Source: Isurus oxyrinchus
Taxonomy: Eukaryota
Length of the DNA stretch: 64,000 bases
Reading direction: 5' to 3'
Assembly (NCBI GenBank): GCA_026770705.1
Contig: JANJGN010000075.1
Location: 1,426,001-1,490,000 of the forward strand
Shown here: in pieces, positions 52,063 through 63,673 of the stretch
Numbering within the stretch: position 1 is the stretch's first letter
How the letters are laid out: every line of letters starts with the position of its first letter
The notes under the pieces: generated by a model
Database searches by the model: none
What the model saw: the letters and a program-made list of their open reading frames with translations, nothing else
Told to the model about the DNA's origin: nothing
Translations under genes and position numbers: made by a program

Positions 52063-53624
52063 GTGAGTGACAGGAATAGAGACTGTTAACATCTCTATTC
52101 AGTAGAATTAGCATATTCACAAATTCAGAACACTGCATCAAAATAAAATGTACAGTTTTCAGGGAGAAGACCACATGCGAAAACCATTGACTTCATTGCT
52201 CAAGTCCTGATTAGTTCCCTGAAAGAACGGGTCCTGAATTCACCCGCTGGGCATCAACTAACACTGTAAGTGTTGAGGTGGGAAGAAAGCAGGAGGAGGA
52301 TGTGAGGGCATAGTCAGCAGCTGAAGGATTCTGCCAATGGGGGAGGGAGCGTCTATTGCTGTGTGACGTCACGGCCTACCTCAGTGTTGGTTGATGCCCT
52401 TCCTGATATTATACCAGGCTCAATGGTCCAAACACGGCTATTGAGGCGTCCAAGCAATAGAAAAACCACATCACAAAACCATATGCGGTGTGTCATGATG
52501 TACCTTCCAATCCTTTCACCGTTTGCCTTTAATTCTCCGTACTGATGCCGACGTTACCTGTTTTGTCATGGAAAATCTTCATTCCTTCCTCACCAAGAAT
52601 ATAGCACGCTAGCCAAAGTCAGAAGCCTGTGTGATCAAACTCCACTTCAGACTGGCAATCAATCATCCAGGACCACGCTCCCCCTGGTGCCAGTACTGAG
52701 GAGGTGCAGCATTGTCGGATATAGGTGCGTATTACCTTCGACTTGAGCTCTATAATAGAGACCCACACCACACCCGGTGCCAGTACTGAAGGCTTGCTCC
52801 ACTGTCATAGGTAGATGTTTATACCCTTGCACTTGTGCTCCCATAATCAGGGCTGACCATGTCCCCGGTGCCGGTGCAGACGGAGCGCTGCACAGTCGGT
52901 GGTAGGTGTATCTACTCCAGGACTTAAACTCCATAATCCAGATCCACTGCTGAGTGAGTGCTGAACAGTAGGAACTTGATGGATGCCCTATCGGACGTTA
53001 AGACCAGTGTCCAAGCTCCCTGATAGATTGAGTAAAGTGGGAGAGTTGTAATAATTGACGTAAAGGATTTCAGATGAGCCAATGATAAAAAGTCTAGAGT
53101 CCCGCCTCTCAGGTGTCCTTACGCGGTCCCACTTGCCTTTACTGCTGACCATTTGAAGCCCATATGGTACACGGAGGCACACGCGCACATGAAATGCACG
53201 AGCACATGAACACGCACGCACAAGCCCACACAAGCATGCACACAGACACTACACACAGAAAGGGACACAAACATGTGCACACACGCACACACTTCCTCAA
53301 AGAATCTCAAACAAATAGTCTCAAACCCATCCAAGCACAGACACGCACACACACATCAACAGTCAGATTTAGATATATCAAAGAGCGCCTGAAAGTCTGT
53401 TGCAACATTGAAAGAGAAAAAAATTCTGAAATGCGCTTTGAAATTTATTATTTATTTGTTAAATTTAATCAATTCCGCAACTCAACCTTTCTCAAACGCA
53501 TTCACTGATGAACACAGTCTCCCTCGGCGTGGGTCAATTGAATTTGTGGGACAACTAGTTACTGTACATTACATTCGTGCGATTCTTTTATAATTGACTT
53601 TTTATTGTTTTTTTTATATCACAG

Positions 53625-53918
53625 AGCCGCTAAGAAAACCAAAGTTAACACTTGATCAGTCGACAGGGGTGTATGTTGTAGGGGAGATGATCACCATGAC
53701 CTGCACTGTGACTGGGGATGTTCGGGAGAAAACCTTCTACTTTTACAGATTTGATGCACAGCTGCACTCATGGCAAATTGACACACATGACAATACTGGA
53801 ACATTCCGGGTTAATGGTAGAAGTATCAACGGGCGATACCAATGCCTATTCGGAATGTCAATCAGAGGTCGGCAACTAACATCCTCAAAGAGTGAGGCTG
53901 TGACTGTGACTGCCACAG
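53625..53918 (+). CDS. Ig-domain exon D4
   Basis: 294 bp, cag/gtgagt, phase 1-1, open. EPLRKPKLTLD...MTC...FYFYRF...GRYQCLF...SSKSEAVTVTAT. Confidence 0.9.
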
Positions 53919-55586
53919 GTGAGTGACAGAGAACAGAGATTATTAATATGTCTATTCACCAGGGTTGGCATATTCACAATTTCAGATCCCTGCATCAAAA
54001 TGAAACAGTGTTCGGGGAGAGGAGTGTATGCGAAAACTATTGACTATATTGCTCAAGTCCTGCCACTTCCCCTGTAAGAATGTGTCCCGAATACACCAAC
54101 TGGGCATCAACTACCACTGCAAGTGTTGAGACGGGAAGGGCAGAGCAGCAGAAGTAGGGTCATGCGGGGTGTGGGTGGACAGTGAGCAGCTGAAGGATCC
54201 TGCCACAGCGTGATGGAGTGTCCATGTTGAGTGACGTTACCGTCCACCTTGCGATTGGCTTGTGCTCTTTCTGAAATCATAGTGGGCCTTACTGTCCAAA
54301 CATGACCATTGAGGCGGTCAAACAATAGGGAAACCACATCCCAAATCCGACATTCCCTGGGACTGGATGCACCGTTCAAACCTTTCACTGTTAGGGTTTC
54401 ATTTACAGTTAAATTCATTCATGGGATGTGGGCCTCCCTGGCTGTGGCAACAAGTATTACCCATCCCTCTTTGTCCTTGAGAAAGTTGTGGTGAGATGCT
54501 TTCTTGAACAGCTGCAGGCCATGTGGTGTGAATACACCCACAGAGCTGTTCCAGGATTTTGCCCCAGCGACAGTGAAGGAACGCCAATATATTCGCAAGT
54601 CAATGTGTTGAGTAAATTGGAGTGAAATTAGAGGTGGCAGTTTTCTTAAATATCCGCTGCTGAAATTACCTCAGCTTGTGCTGTACTATCGTCATTCACG
54701 ACCTCAGCAAATCTGTAGCACGCTACACAAAGTCAGAAGGTTGCGTGATCAATCCTAACTCCTTGTGGAGCTCCATATCCCGGAAGTCTGATCCAGACAG
54801 TGCCAGAACTGAGGGAATGCAGCTCTGTCGGCGGTACACTCTAGGGCTTGAGCTTCATAATCCAGACCGATACACCCCCGGTACCAGTGCTGAGGGAAAG
54901 TTGCTTTGCCGGAGGTAGATGTAAACAATCTAGCACTTGAGCTCCATAATCCATGCCGACACTCGCCCGGTGTCTGTCCTGAGAGAGTGCTGCACTGTCG
55001 GAGGTAGATTTATATACTCAACGATTTGACATCCATAATGAAGGCTGGATCTCACCCGGTTCCAATGCTAAGGGACTCACTGATCTCACCTAATTCTAAT
55101 GGGGCATTCAAATGAGCGCCCAGTCAGCAGTTTCGTGTTGCTTTAAAATAAGTAGCTGCATTTTCGTGAATCAGATCAGTGGCAACATCTCTTCGGTATC
55201 CACTGGCCAAAAAACATCGTTTAAACAACATCACCGAGGGAGAAATCACTGAGTGTGCCGCCATTAATTGATGTCCGTCAATGGCATCTTGCTGTGCCCA
55301 AATCAGCTGGTGCGATTCCTCAATTACCATGTTGAATACACTTCAGTCGCACTTTGTCAGCTGCGGAGCTGTTAGGGAAGGCCCGATTTCCGGATTGGCG
55401 TTTGGAAATGGGTTTACTTATCCTCCTTCCTGAATCATCACATGCTGACCTCCACATTTGTAAAGTCTCAAACACTTGTAAACACGGTGCTTCGACACAG
55501 ATCAATTATTGTACTTATAATGTGCTGCTGTCCATGGAAAGGCTCTGATCCATATCTCAAAGATCCTTTCATTCACTTTACCACAG

Positions 55587-55880
55587 ATCCGCTAAAAACC
55601 CCAGTGATATATCTTGATCAGACCACGGGTGTGTATGCAGCAGGAGAGACGATCAACATGACCTGCACCGTGACTGGAGATAATCGAGAGAAAATGTTTC
55701 ATTTTTATAAAGGACATCAACAGCTGCCCTTTAATACAACCAGCAGAACTTCCAAAACGTTCACATTCCCGAATAGCGGTCTAAGCCACAGCGGACAATA
55801 CCGATGTCAATATAGTGTTACCGTCCAGAGCAGGCAGTTCGATTCTAAACAGAGCCAGGCTGTTACGGTGACCATAGAAG
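55587..55880 (+). CDS. Ig-domain exon D5
   Basis: 294 bp, cag/gtgagt, phase 1-1, open. DPLKTPVIYLD...NMTC...FHFYKG...HSGQYRCQY...SKQSQAVTVTIE. Confidence 0.9.
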
Positions 55881-56811
55881 GTGAGTGACAGAGTACAGAT
55901 ATTTAAACATTCCTATTAATGGTGTTGGTATTCTCAAGTAAACAACGCTTCATTCACTGGAACAATATGAATCGTTTCAAGAAAGCGGAGATGGAGTCCA
56001 AATGATCAGCGATCTCATTCCACATATTTTTCCGTTGGGGGCTGAATTCACCCGCTGCACATGTGCTGTGATTGCAGGGGCTGGTGTGGGTATGAGAGGA
56101 AGGCAGGTGTGTGATGTGAGGAGACAGTCGGCAGCTGAAATGTTCTGTCACTGGGGGACGCCAGTGTCCAGTGGTTGGAAATGTCACCGTCTTAATTGGC
56201 ATTGAATTAGGCCCAGTCGGAAATTTTGTGTTCCGTTAAAATAAACAGTGGCTTTTTTGTGAGTTATATCAGTGGGAAATTCGCTTCGGTGTTCAAGGCC
56301 ACAGCACCAACGCAGAGTTACACGTCGGTGCTGGTTCATTCTCACGAATTGGCTTTATTTCCATATATTTTAATGTTAGATGCATTGGTCTGTCTCAACA
56401 TTAGAAAAAAAACTATTTTTGCAGCACTATCGCCTGAAGTATAAGGCATTGGAGTCAAATTTCACTTCAGTTCATGAGTTCCTCAAATGCAGCCGGACAC
56501 TCCACCCGCTGCCTTTACTGTGGGAGTGCTGCACTGTCGTGGGTAGATGCTTATAGTCTCGGACTTGAGCTCCATAATCCAGAAGTCTTTAGTAACTTTG
56601 CAAAGCTCGATGAAAATCGCACTTAACAATCGCTGAACTGCGAGAAATTTCCCAGCTTCTCAGTCTCTCTCCACGCCGAACTCCCTCCTCTCTCAAAGCT
56701 TTCCAGAAAATTGCCCCTGCCTGCTTGACAGGGCTTCGCTATCCCTCCCAAATTGTGACGCCCCTAATTGGGCACAGCATTCGACGTGAGGGCTATCCAG
56801 TAAAATAACAG

Positions 56812-57570
56812 CAAAATTCAGCGGATATTGAAAATCTGAAATAAAAACAGAAAATGCTGGAGGGCTCAGCAGATCTGGCAGCGTCTGCTGAGTTAGAATC
56901 AAGAGTTAACGTTTCGATTCTCTATGACTTTTCTTCAGAGTTGGGGAGGGGTGTGGAGAAGCTGGAGTAGAGCAGCAGGACAGGGATAAGTGGACACTCA
57001 AGGAAGATTGACAAGTGTGGCAGGAAGAAAAGACAATTGAGTGTTAGTGGTAGCTTTGAAGGCCAAAGAAGATGGTAATAGCGGCTGAAAGTTAAGGTCG
57101 CAGAATGTGTCAATGTCAGGACTGAGGTTATCACTGACAGCAAAACAGGTTACAGATGGGCCTGGCAGGGAGAAGGTACCGGAAACATATGAAGATGCAG
57201 GAGACAGTTCATGACTGAGGTTGTTGAAATCGACGTTAAGTCCAAAAGGCTTAAAAGTGCTCAATTAACACATTCTTACCATATCTTTATGCAATTATTA
57301 GCATCTTCTTTCGTCTTTCACACTTTCAGTACCATTCCATTTGTCTTGTGTCAATGACATCCTTCTCAAATTTCAGCTGAGCTCCCAACTCCACATGACC
57401 ATCAATTTTGTTCCACCTGCTCCACCCTCTTTCACTATTTAATCCATCACATTTCTAATTACCTTTAGGTCTGAAGAAGAGTCCTCTGGACTGGAAACGT
57501 GAGGCCTGTTTTCCGGCCACACATCCTGCCTGAACTCTTGAGTCTTTGCTCCATGTTCTGTTTTGATATA
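56812..57570. mobile_element. Penelope-like element remnant with inverted terminal repeats
   Basis: Minus strand: endonuclease tail LSTFKPFGLNVDFNNL (57264 downward) and CTGAAGA...GAAAC at 56938-56911. Plus strand: inverted copy with CTGAAGA-stem-GAAAC at 57471-57498. Confidence 0.7.
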
Positions 57571-57691
57571 AGGACTAAGCAGCGTTTCATGAAATTTTAG
57601 CATTAGTTATTTTTTGGTAATATTCATTTTTGGCAAAAGTCAGTATTGAATTTTGAATCAATCGTTCCTACATATTCGATTCTAATACCAG

Positions 57692-58051
57692 GTCTTCCCG
57701 AACCATACATATCCGTGGATCTAGTGCAGTTGTTCAGGGCAGGAATGTTACATTTCACTGTACAAATCCCGGGGCAATCCTACCATCACGTTTTACCTAC
57801 ACAGATAAGGTGATGCGAATCACGATGGGTTCAAGTCTCCTGCTTCAGGGATCAATTCTGTCACCTTCACCATCAAGAATGTCGACTGTGCCTGATTTAT
57901 CCCAATTTTGTTGATTTGGTTTTCATTTAAAAGATTATCAAGAATGTCGATCACTCTGAGATAGGAATTTATAACTGTCGGTTTGATGCACTGATTAACG
58001 GAGGAAATCTATCCTCGGCTCTGAGTGACCCTATGCACATCACTGTAATAC
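57692..58051 (+). pseudogene. Membrane-proximal Ig pseudo-exon of a distinct LILR/A1BG-like type
   Basis: Reconstruction: LPEPYISVD/SSAVVQGRNVTFHC.../TFYLHR*G...VTFTIKNVDHSEIGIYNCRF...SALSDPMHITVI. It has two frameshifts, a TAA, a 51-bp insertion and no canonical donor. Confidence 0.85.
57886..57936 (+). mobile_element. 51-bp insertion with 14-bp TSD (probable extremely 5'-truncated LINE tail)
   Basis: atcaagaatgtcga is duplicated at 57872-57885 and 57937-57950. Removing the insert and one copy restores the frame IKNVDHS. Confidence 0.8.
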
Positions 58052-58062
58052 TGTGTGCTGTT

Positions 58063-59152
58063 TACTTAAAGAATAACCTCCCCTCTGGTAATCTTGCCAA
58101 TTATCTTTAACCTGTGATGCCTGGCTTGAATCTGTCCCGCCCGTGTATGGAGCTTCGGCCTGTTTAGCTAATGAAGTTACATCAGCAATTCGAAATGTTC
58201 AATTAAACTACCAATTAACATTCATACCAGGTCAGTAAATGCAACACTTTCCACGCTTCCGATCTATTTTGCGAAGTGTTTTTCTTTAGGCAGATTCGTA
58301 GTTTACATATCCATCCGACAGTAGTAAAAGATGTTACAGTTTCAATTTCAACCTGTGCCCTTTACCTGATTAGACGAAGGAGCGCACTTAACAGTTCAAA
58401 CTGGCTTCCAAATGAGAGCAGCCTGTTCTCTTCTCCCGTGTGCAGTATTGACCCAGTGAAATCACACTTCTTCCCATTAGCCTGGATTAATACAATAATT
58501 GCATGGCAGTAGATAATCGGCTAGTATCCAAGGAAACATTTGAGGATACAATAGCGCAAGTTAGAAGCCGACCAATTGCATTTGAGCATTCTACTGGGTC
58601 ATTCCGGCAGGGGTATTAACACACCACCCGCCTGCCAGAGCCTTGCCAATTTCATCGCTGTTTGGCTTTCTTTGTTTAAAGCAGTGTTTTCATGTGTGCC
58701 ATCGATACATGGGATTGAATTCAGGCTGTGAATACCAAAGGCCGCAACAGTTATCCATGTAATGTAACTCTTTCGAGTACAAACCCGTTTCATCTGTTTC
58801 AGATGAAGTTATATTGTTTCATAGTTTTGCCATTGTGAGATTTGAACTCTTGATCTTGGGGGTTACAAACCCAGTACCATAACCACTTGGATATTTAGGT
58901 CAAGCTATCCAAGTAATGTAAAGCCTAAAGAAAAACACTTCACAAAACGGATCGGAAGTGAGGAAAGTGCTGCATCTTCTGACCCGGAAAGAATGTTAAC
59001 TGGTAATTTAAGAGAACGGTTCGAAATGCTGATGTAATTTGTTTAGCTAAACAGGCCGGATCTCCGTGCACTGCCGGTGAGTAATTCGAACCAGGGAGCT
59101 CAGTTTAAAGTGAATTGGCAAAACAACCTGCGTGGAGGTTATACTTTAAGTA
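58063..59152. repeat. Long imperfect inverted repeat (~230-bp arms)
   Basis: 58063-58291 is the diverged reverse complement of 58923-59152, e.g. ggcctgtttagcta / tagctaaacaggcc and gaagtgtttttctttaggc / gcctaaagaaaaacacttc. Confidence 0.85.
58768..58905 (-). mobile_element. Short (138-bp) tRNA-derived SINE with 16-bp TSD
   Basis: Minus strand has an A-box-like tatccaagtgg and a B box gagttcaaatct. Flanked by tatccatgtaatgtaa (58752-58767) and tatccaagtaatgtaa (58906-58921). Confidence 0.75.
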
Positions 59153-59506
59153 TTTTTTTTTTGTGATCTGAAACACGACAGAGTGCAATTCAACAGTTTT
59201 AAAACCTGAACTGAGAATACATATTAAAATAAAATTTGCAGGGCTAAGAGGAAAGAACGAATGGGATAAGACCGTGGATTAATTGACCATGTCTTTCAAG
59301 GGTTCGGCGCATGCGCGATGGGCCGAATGGTCTTCTCTGCTGGATAATTTTCTTACTCTGTTTTTGTATCTCTCTCTGTCTCTGACCCTCTGTTTTCTAT
59401 GGCACTCGTGCCCCAACTGTTGTGCTGATTAAGCTGCAGATTATTGCCTTGGTTGTAGAAGATGTTAATTAACACTGTACTATTCTTCCCCCTTTACGTC
59501 ATTCAG

Positions 59507-59599
59507 AAAATAATCCTGTTGCTCTGGCTGCTGGTGTTGGTTCTGCTTTGGGTCTGATTCTTCTCCTTGCTCTCTTGGGTGTCTGCCTCTGGATAAAAG
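59507..59599 (+). CDS. Transmembrane exon (ENNPVALAAGVGSALGLILLLALLGVCLWIK)
   Basis: 93 bp, cag/gtaggt, phase 1-1. Hydrophobic span of ~25 residues with no charged residue. Confidence 0.9.
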
Positions 59600-60787
59600 G
59601 TAGGTCAGACCACGTGTAACAACCAGTCATTACAAATGAACCGATGAAGATAACTGTAGACAATGTGTGGTCAGTATGAACTAAATCCCTAAAACACCAA
59701 CGGCCTAAACTTCAACATTAAATGTAGGGTGATCCCTGTATGAAGGGTGAAATAGTCAATTGCAAACTCATGGGTGGAAATTACCCTTGGGTGGAATAGC
59801 AAGACCGGGAATATCACATCAACCACCTGTCAGAAGCTCCATCCAATACCGGCGTCATTGATTTCACAAGAGCTGAACAGATGGATGGTTCATGATGCGG
59901 TCCTCAGCCGCCCTGCTGCGTTTGGGCAGCTGTCCAGGACATATCACCTTGTTAGAATTGTTCCTAGGCTGGGGATGGAATAAGCAGTATCGCATTCAAA
60001 AATCCAACAAATTCAAATATCTACAGCAAAACTCTTAGGTTGAGAAGAATGGAGGGAGAGATCAGTGTCGTGATTTTATAGAGGTTGTTCAGAGAAACGA
60101 TGGAATGGAATCTGGAACAGGGCAGGAAATCAGGATTAGACAAATGTAAGCAGACTCCAGCTGCTGTAATGTAAGCTGGGTCAGGTATAAGAAAGTTTTT
60201 CAATCACTAATGGGGCTAAAAGGAATTACAACAGGTTATGTCCTGGAGAGGAACGTCTTGGAATCATTGACAAAACGTATGGAATTTGCAATGGGATTGG
60301 GGCACAGTGCAGTGTGGGGGCAGGGGGGGATGGGGGGATGAGTGAGGCTGCGTTCAGCGGCCTTCCTTATCTGGACGATTCTGACTTTTGAATGTCAGTG
60401 ACAATCCATTTCTCCATTCTGCACTGTACTTCCTAGCCCACTGCCATTCTACCCTTGGGTAACCCTCTGCAAACTAATGGTACATTTGCTTTGATATCGC
60501 CCCCTGCCACCCCCACATCCCCCCACCCCCCCTGCCCCCGCTCCTCAGCATCCCCCCTTTCTGAGACACACAGACTGCTCAATGGGCATTTTCCCTTAAG
60601 AAATGCTCCCTAACCTTGATGTTGAAAGACTCGCAAACAAGCTTTCCTTCAACCAATGTACCAGACTAATCTGATCTGAACGTTAGAGTGGCTTGTTACC
60701 AATCCTTACCTGGCTGGACAACTCCACCCATGAGCACTCAAACTTCTATTCTGTTCCGGACTTCTAATCCTTATGTTTCCTTCTCAG

Positions 60788-60815
60788 GGAAGAAGAAAAG
60801 CAATATGGAATCCAG
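60788..60815 (+). CDS. Cytoplasmic exon 1 (GKKKSNMESR)
   Basis: Acceptor tttccttctcag and donor gtgaga, phase 1-2. Basic stop-transfer residues follow the TM. Confidence 0.8.
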
Positions 60816-61032
60816 GTGAGACCATAAGGTGTTGCATTTCAATGACATGTGACCAACATTATGATCAGAAGCCATTATTTAGGCAATTTCTATTCTAGGA
60901 AAGCATTGTGTATTTTTCATTTAAACACGAGGTCTCCACTTCACACCTGCACTCTAATCTTCATTTCCGTGGCTTTGTTGGCGTGCTCTGCGCGTTTAAT
61001 TTATATATAATGTCCTTTTAAATCCTGCAGCA

Positions 61033-61104
61033 TTGAGATGCTGGACATCGAGACTGGGGCCTCCTACACGCGAAACGAGAGCTCCACCACCAAGCTACAG
61101 CCCT
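61033..61104 (-). pseudogene. tRNA-Ala(CGC)-derived pseudogene (intronic)
   Basis: Minus strand AGGGCTGTAGCTTGGTGGTGGAGCTCTCGTTTCGCGTGTAGGAGGCCCCAGTCTCGATGTCCAGCATCTCAA is 72 nt and colinear with tRNA-Ala. Stems are mismatched. Confidence 0.65.
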
Positions 61105-61239
61105 ACCTGCGCCTGCTTTCTCTACTGTGTTGTTGAATTAATGCAGAAGCGGAGGAATATAATTAACCCTTTCAAATATTTCTGCCATTGAATCACTGAT
61201 TGTGAACCAACTCCAGTTTTTTCTCTCGGAGGGTGTTTT

Positions 61240-61670
61240 TTTTTTTCTGTGGAACCCTCTCACCCAGAGAGCAGTGGATGCTGAATATGCTCAAGGCTGA
61301 CAAATGGAGTTTGTCTTGTTCATAGGCAATTGTGTCGAGGGGCATGTGGGCAGACAGGAAAGTGGAGTTGAAACCCCAATCAGGTGAGCCATGTTCTTAT
61401 GGAATGGCGGAGCAGGTTCGAGGGCTGAATCGCCTTCCCTTGTTCTTAAGCCCCCCAGGGTAATTAGGGATCCGAATTAAGAACAGGAGTAGTCCACGCT
61501 GCCCCTCGAAACGACTCCGCCATTCAGTACGGTAATGGATGATCCAATTGGAAACTGAAACCCACATGTGCGTCCAAGGCGAGCAACCTTTCACCCGCTT
61601 GCTATTCAGGTATCTCTCTCTCCCTACCTTAAGATCATTCAAAGATTCGGCCTCTACCGCCATTTGAGGC
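61240..61670. mobile_element. Two tail-to-tail CR1 3' ends
   Basis: ~61240-61445 (+) ends ggaatggcggagcaggttcgagggctgaat. ~61480-61670 (-) is a reverse-oriented homolog. Confidence 0.6.
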
Positions 61671-61945
61671 CGATTCGTGCGCGTGCTCTTTCACCCTTTG
61701 CGCGCAGCCTTACTTTCAAACATGTGCGCGCATTTCATTCCCTTCATAAATTCTGTCTTTGTTCTCTGTAATAATCTGGGTTTGACACAGTTTAATAGAA
61801 ACATGCTCCTGGTCACGCAAACAGGAAAGCTTTTACACTAAACATGGGAATCCCGCCTCCTGTCTATTCAATGCCTGCCTCATGTGTTTAATGACACGGG
61901 TCATATCAGATTAAGTGACTACCTGATCTTTTCTATTGTTTGAAG

Positions 61946-61989
61946 GAACGCGGTGCCCTCTGGAGAGCAAAACAACGAACACCTGACAT
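61946..61989 (+). CDS. Cytoplasmic exon 2 (RNAVPSGEQNNEHLT + first base of Tyr)
   Basis: Acceptor tctattgtttgaag and donor gtgagt, phase 2-1. In frame with both neighbouring exons. Confidence 0.75.
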
Positions 61990-63039
61990 GTGAGTTCAGA
62001 TTGAAATTCCCACAATCAGAATTGTCTTTTGTGCTCAAAAATTTGTCAGCGCGTCATGAATAATAACCGGCAGGGAATGTTGAGCAGTTTGCAGAAAACA
62101 TTGAAAATGAAAGCTTAAAAGTTGCAGAGTAGGAAGTGTATCAGGAATTGCAGTTATACAAATTGCTAAATGAAGCGACGAAAGTTAACTCTCCTTTCAC
62201 GCTCCAAGCAGGTGATTTCGGAAGGGATAGAATTGAAAAGTCAAAAGGTTAAGTGGAATGTGCGGCAAAACTAGTACCGAAAACAATGCTGGTCGGCGTA
62301 GGATAAAAACACATGTACAGAGACAGTTGAGTGAGTCTAAAATATTTACCAGGATGATCGAAAAATGTCTAACATTCAGCAGGGGTTTAGAATCGCTGGG
62401 CCTCATTGCTAATGAAAATGGGAGGCTGAGGGATTGGCTAATCGAGTTCTTTGAAACACAATCATATTTCTAGTTGTGGGAGATAGAAAAATCAGAGGCG
62501 ATGAACACGGTAGCTCCCTCGTGAAGCAATAGTGTGATATGAATGTAATAATCTGAAAGAAAAAGACGAAAGACTTGCATTCATGAAATAATTTACACAA
62601 CCAATGGACGCCTCCAAAGCGCTTTGCAATTGTTATGGATCTGATTTTCCAGAGAGGTTAATCATTAGAAACACCAAACTTAATTTACGGACTGCAGCAG
62701 CAGTCACATGCTTCCATCAATCTCCACAACTCGGAGAACTCCCATTCTAAGGTCCCCCGGGATCATTTTCATCATCCAAGGTAGCAGATGGAGCCTTTCT
62801 TTGCAGATCGACGCAGCAGTGCAGCGCCCCCTCAGTGCTGCACTGTTATGCCAGCTTTGTTTTTCGTCCGGAAACCCGGGCGTTGGACTTCAACTGGGAA
62901 TGTTTACCCAGATATGCTGGGATTATGGAACACGCCCTGGGAGTGGTCGACCCGAAACATTTAGAAGTTTTTAAGAGGAGGCTGGGTGAAATATGAGGCA
63001 TAAGTGAGGTTTAAACTGACTGACTTGAAGCAAAGAAAC

Positions 63040-63320
63040 CTAGAATATAGGAGCAGACGTAGATCATTCGGCTCTTAAAACCTACTCCACCATTCAATCT
63101 GATCAAGGCTGATTACTTATCTCAACTCCATACTCTCTCTTTCGCTCCATAACACTTGACACTTTTAGATTCTATAATTCTATTTCCTTCTTAAATATAT
63201 TTAGTAATTTGTCCTTCACAGCCATCTGTGGGAGAGCATTTCAGAGCTTCAACGCACTGAGTGAAGAAGTTTCTCCTTTGCTCAGTCTTAAGTGGTCTCC
63301 CCTGTGCGTTGAGCCTGTAA
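63040..63320 (-). mobile_element. CR1 3' end
   Basis: Minus frame LKTEQRRNFFTQCVEALKCSP matches the CR1 terminal motif RRNFFTQRVV. Confidence 0.7.
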
Positions 63321-63673
63321 CACCTTGCCACATCATATTGAATTTGTGATGCTGGTAAGCATAGAGAGCCACTCAGAGTCAATCTGCTACTCATTCCCGG
63401 GGAAAAACCTGCAGGATCTATTTCCTGGATTGAGAAGAACATGGGGCTGAAAGACCAATTTTGGAAGTGTGTTCGCTCCATCACGAGCTATCTAAGGCCT
63501 CTTTGTGCTGGTTGAAGATTAGTTGCTCCCATCTGTTGGCAGCGAGGGTTACTTAATGAAGCATCCTCGAGAAAACAGACCTACCATAGACATCAAACTC
63601 TTCCCTGAAAGGGACAAATGTTGTCAGCACTTACTCATCAATGTTATTTTTAACATGTTTTGGTTTTATTTAG

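Noticed and set aside
41988-55880. Ig exons as rearranging V segments (Ig/TCR/NAR) with RSS
   Set aside because: Cys spacing is short, there is no WYxQ motif, and each exon ends in a splice donor. The cactgtg heptamers lie inside coding sequence and I saw no spaced nonamer.
62810-62850. CTCF-like cagcgccccctcagtg
   Set aside because: It is the reverse complement of the DeuSINE segment actgagggagtgctgcactg, so it is repeat-derived and has no independent support.
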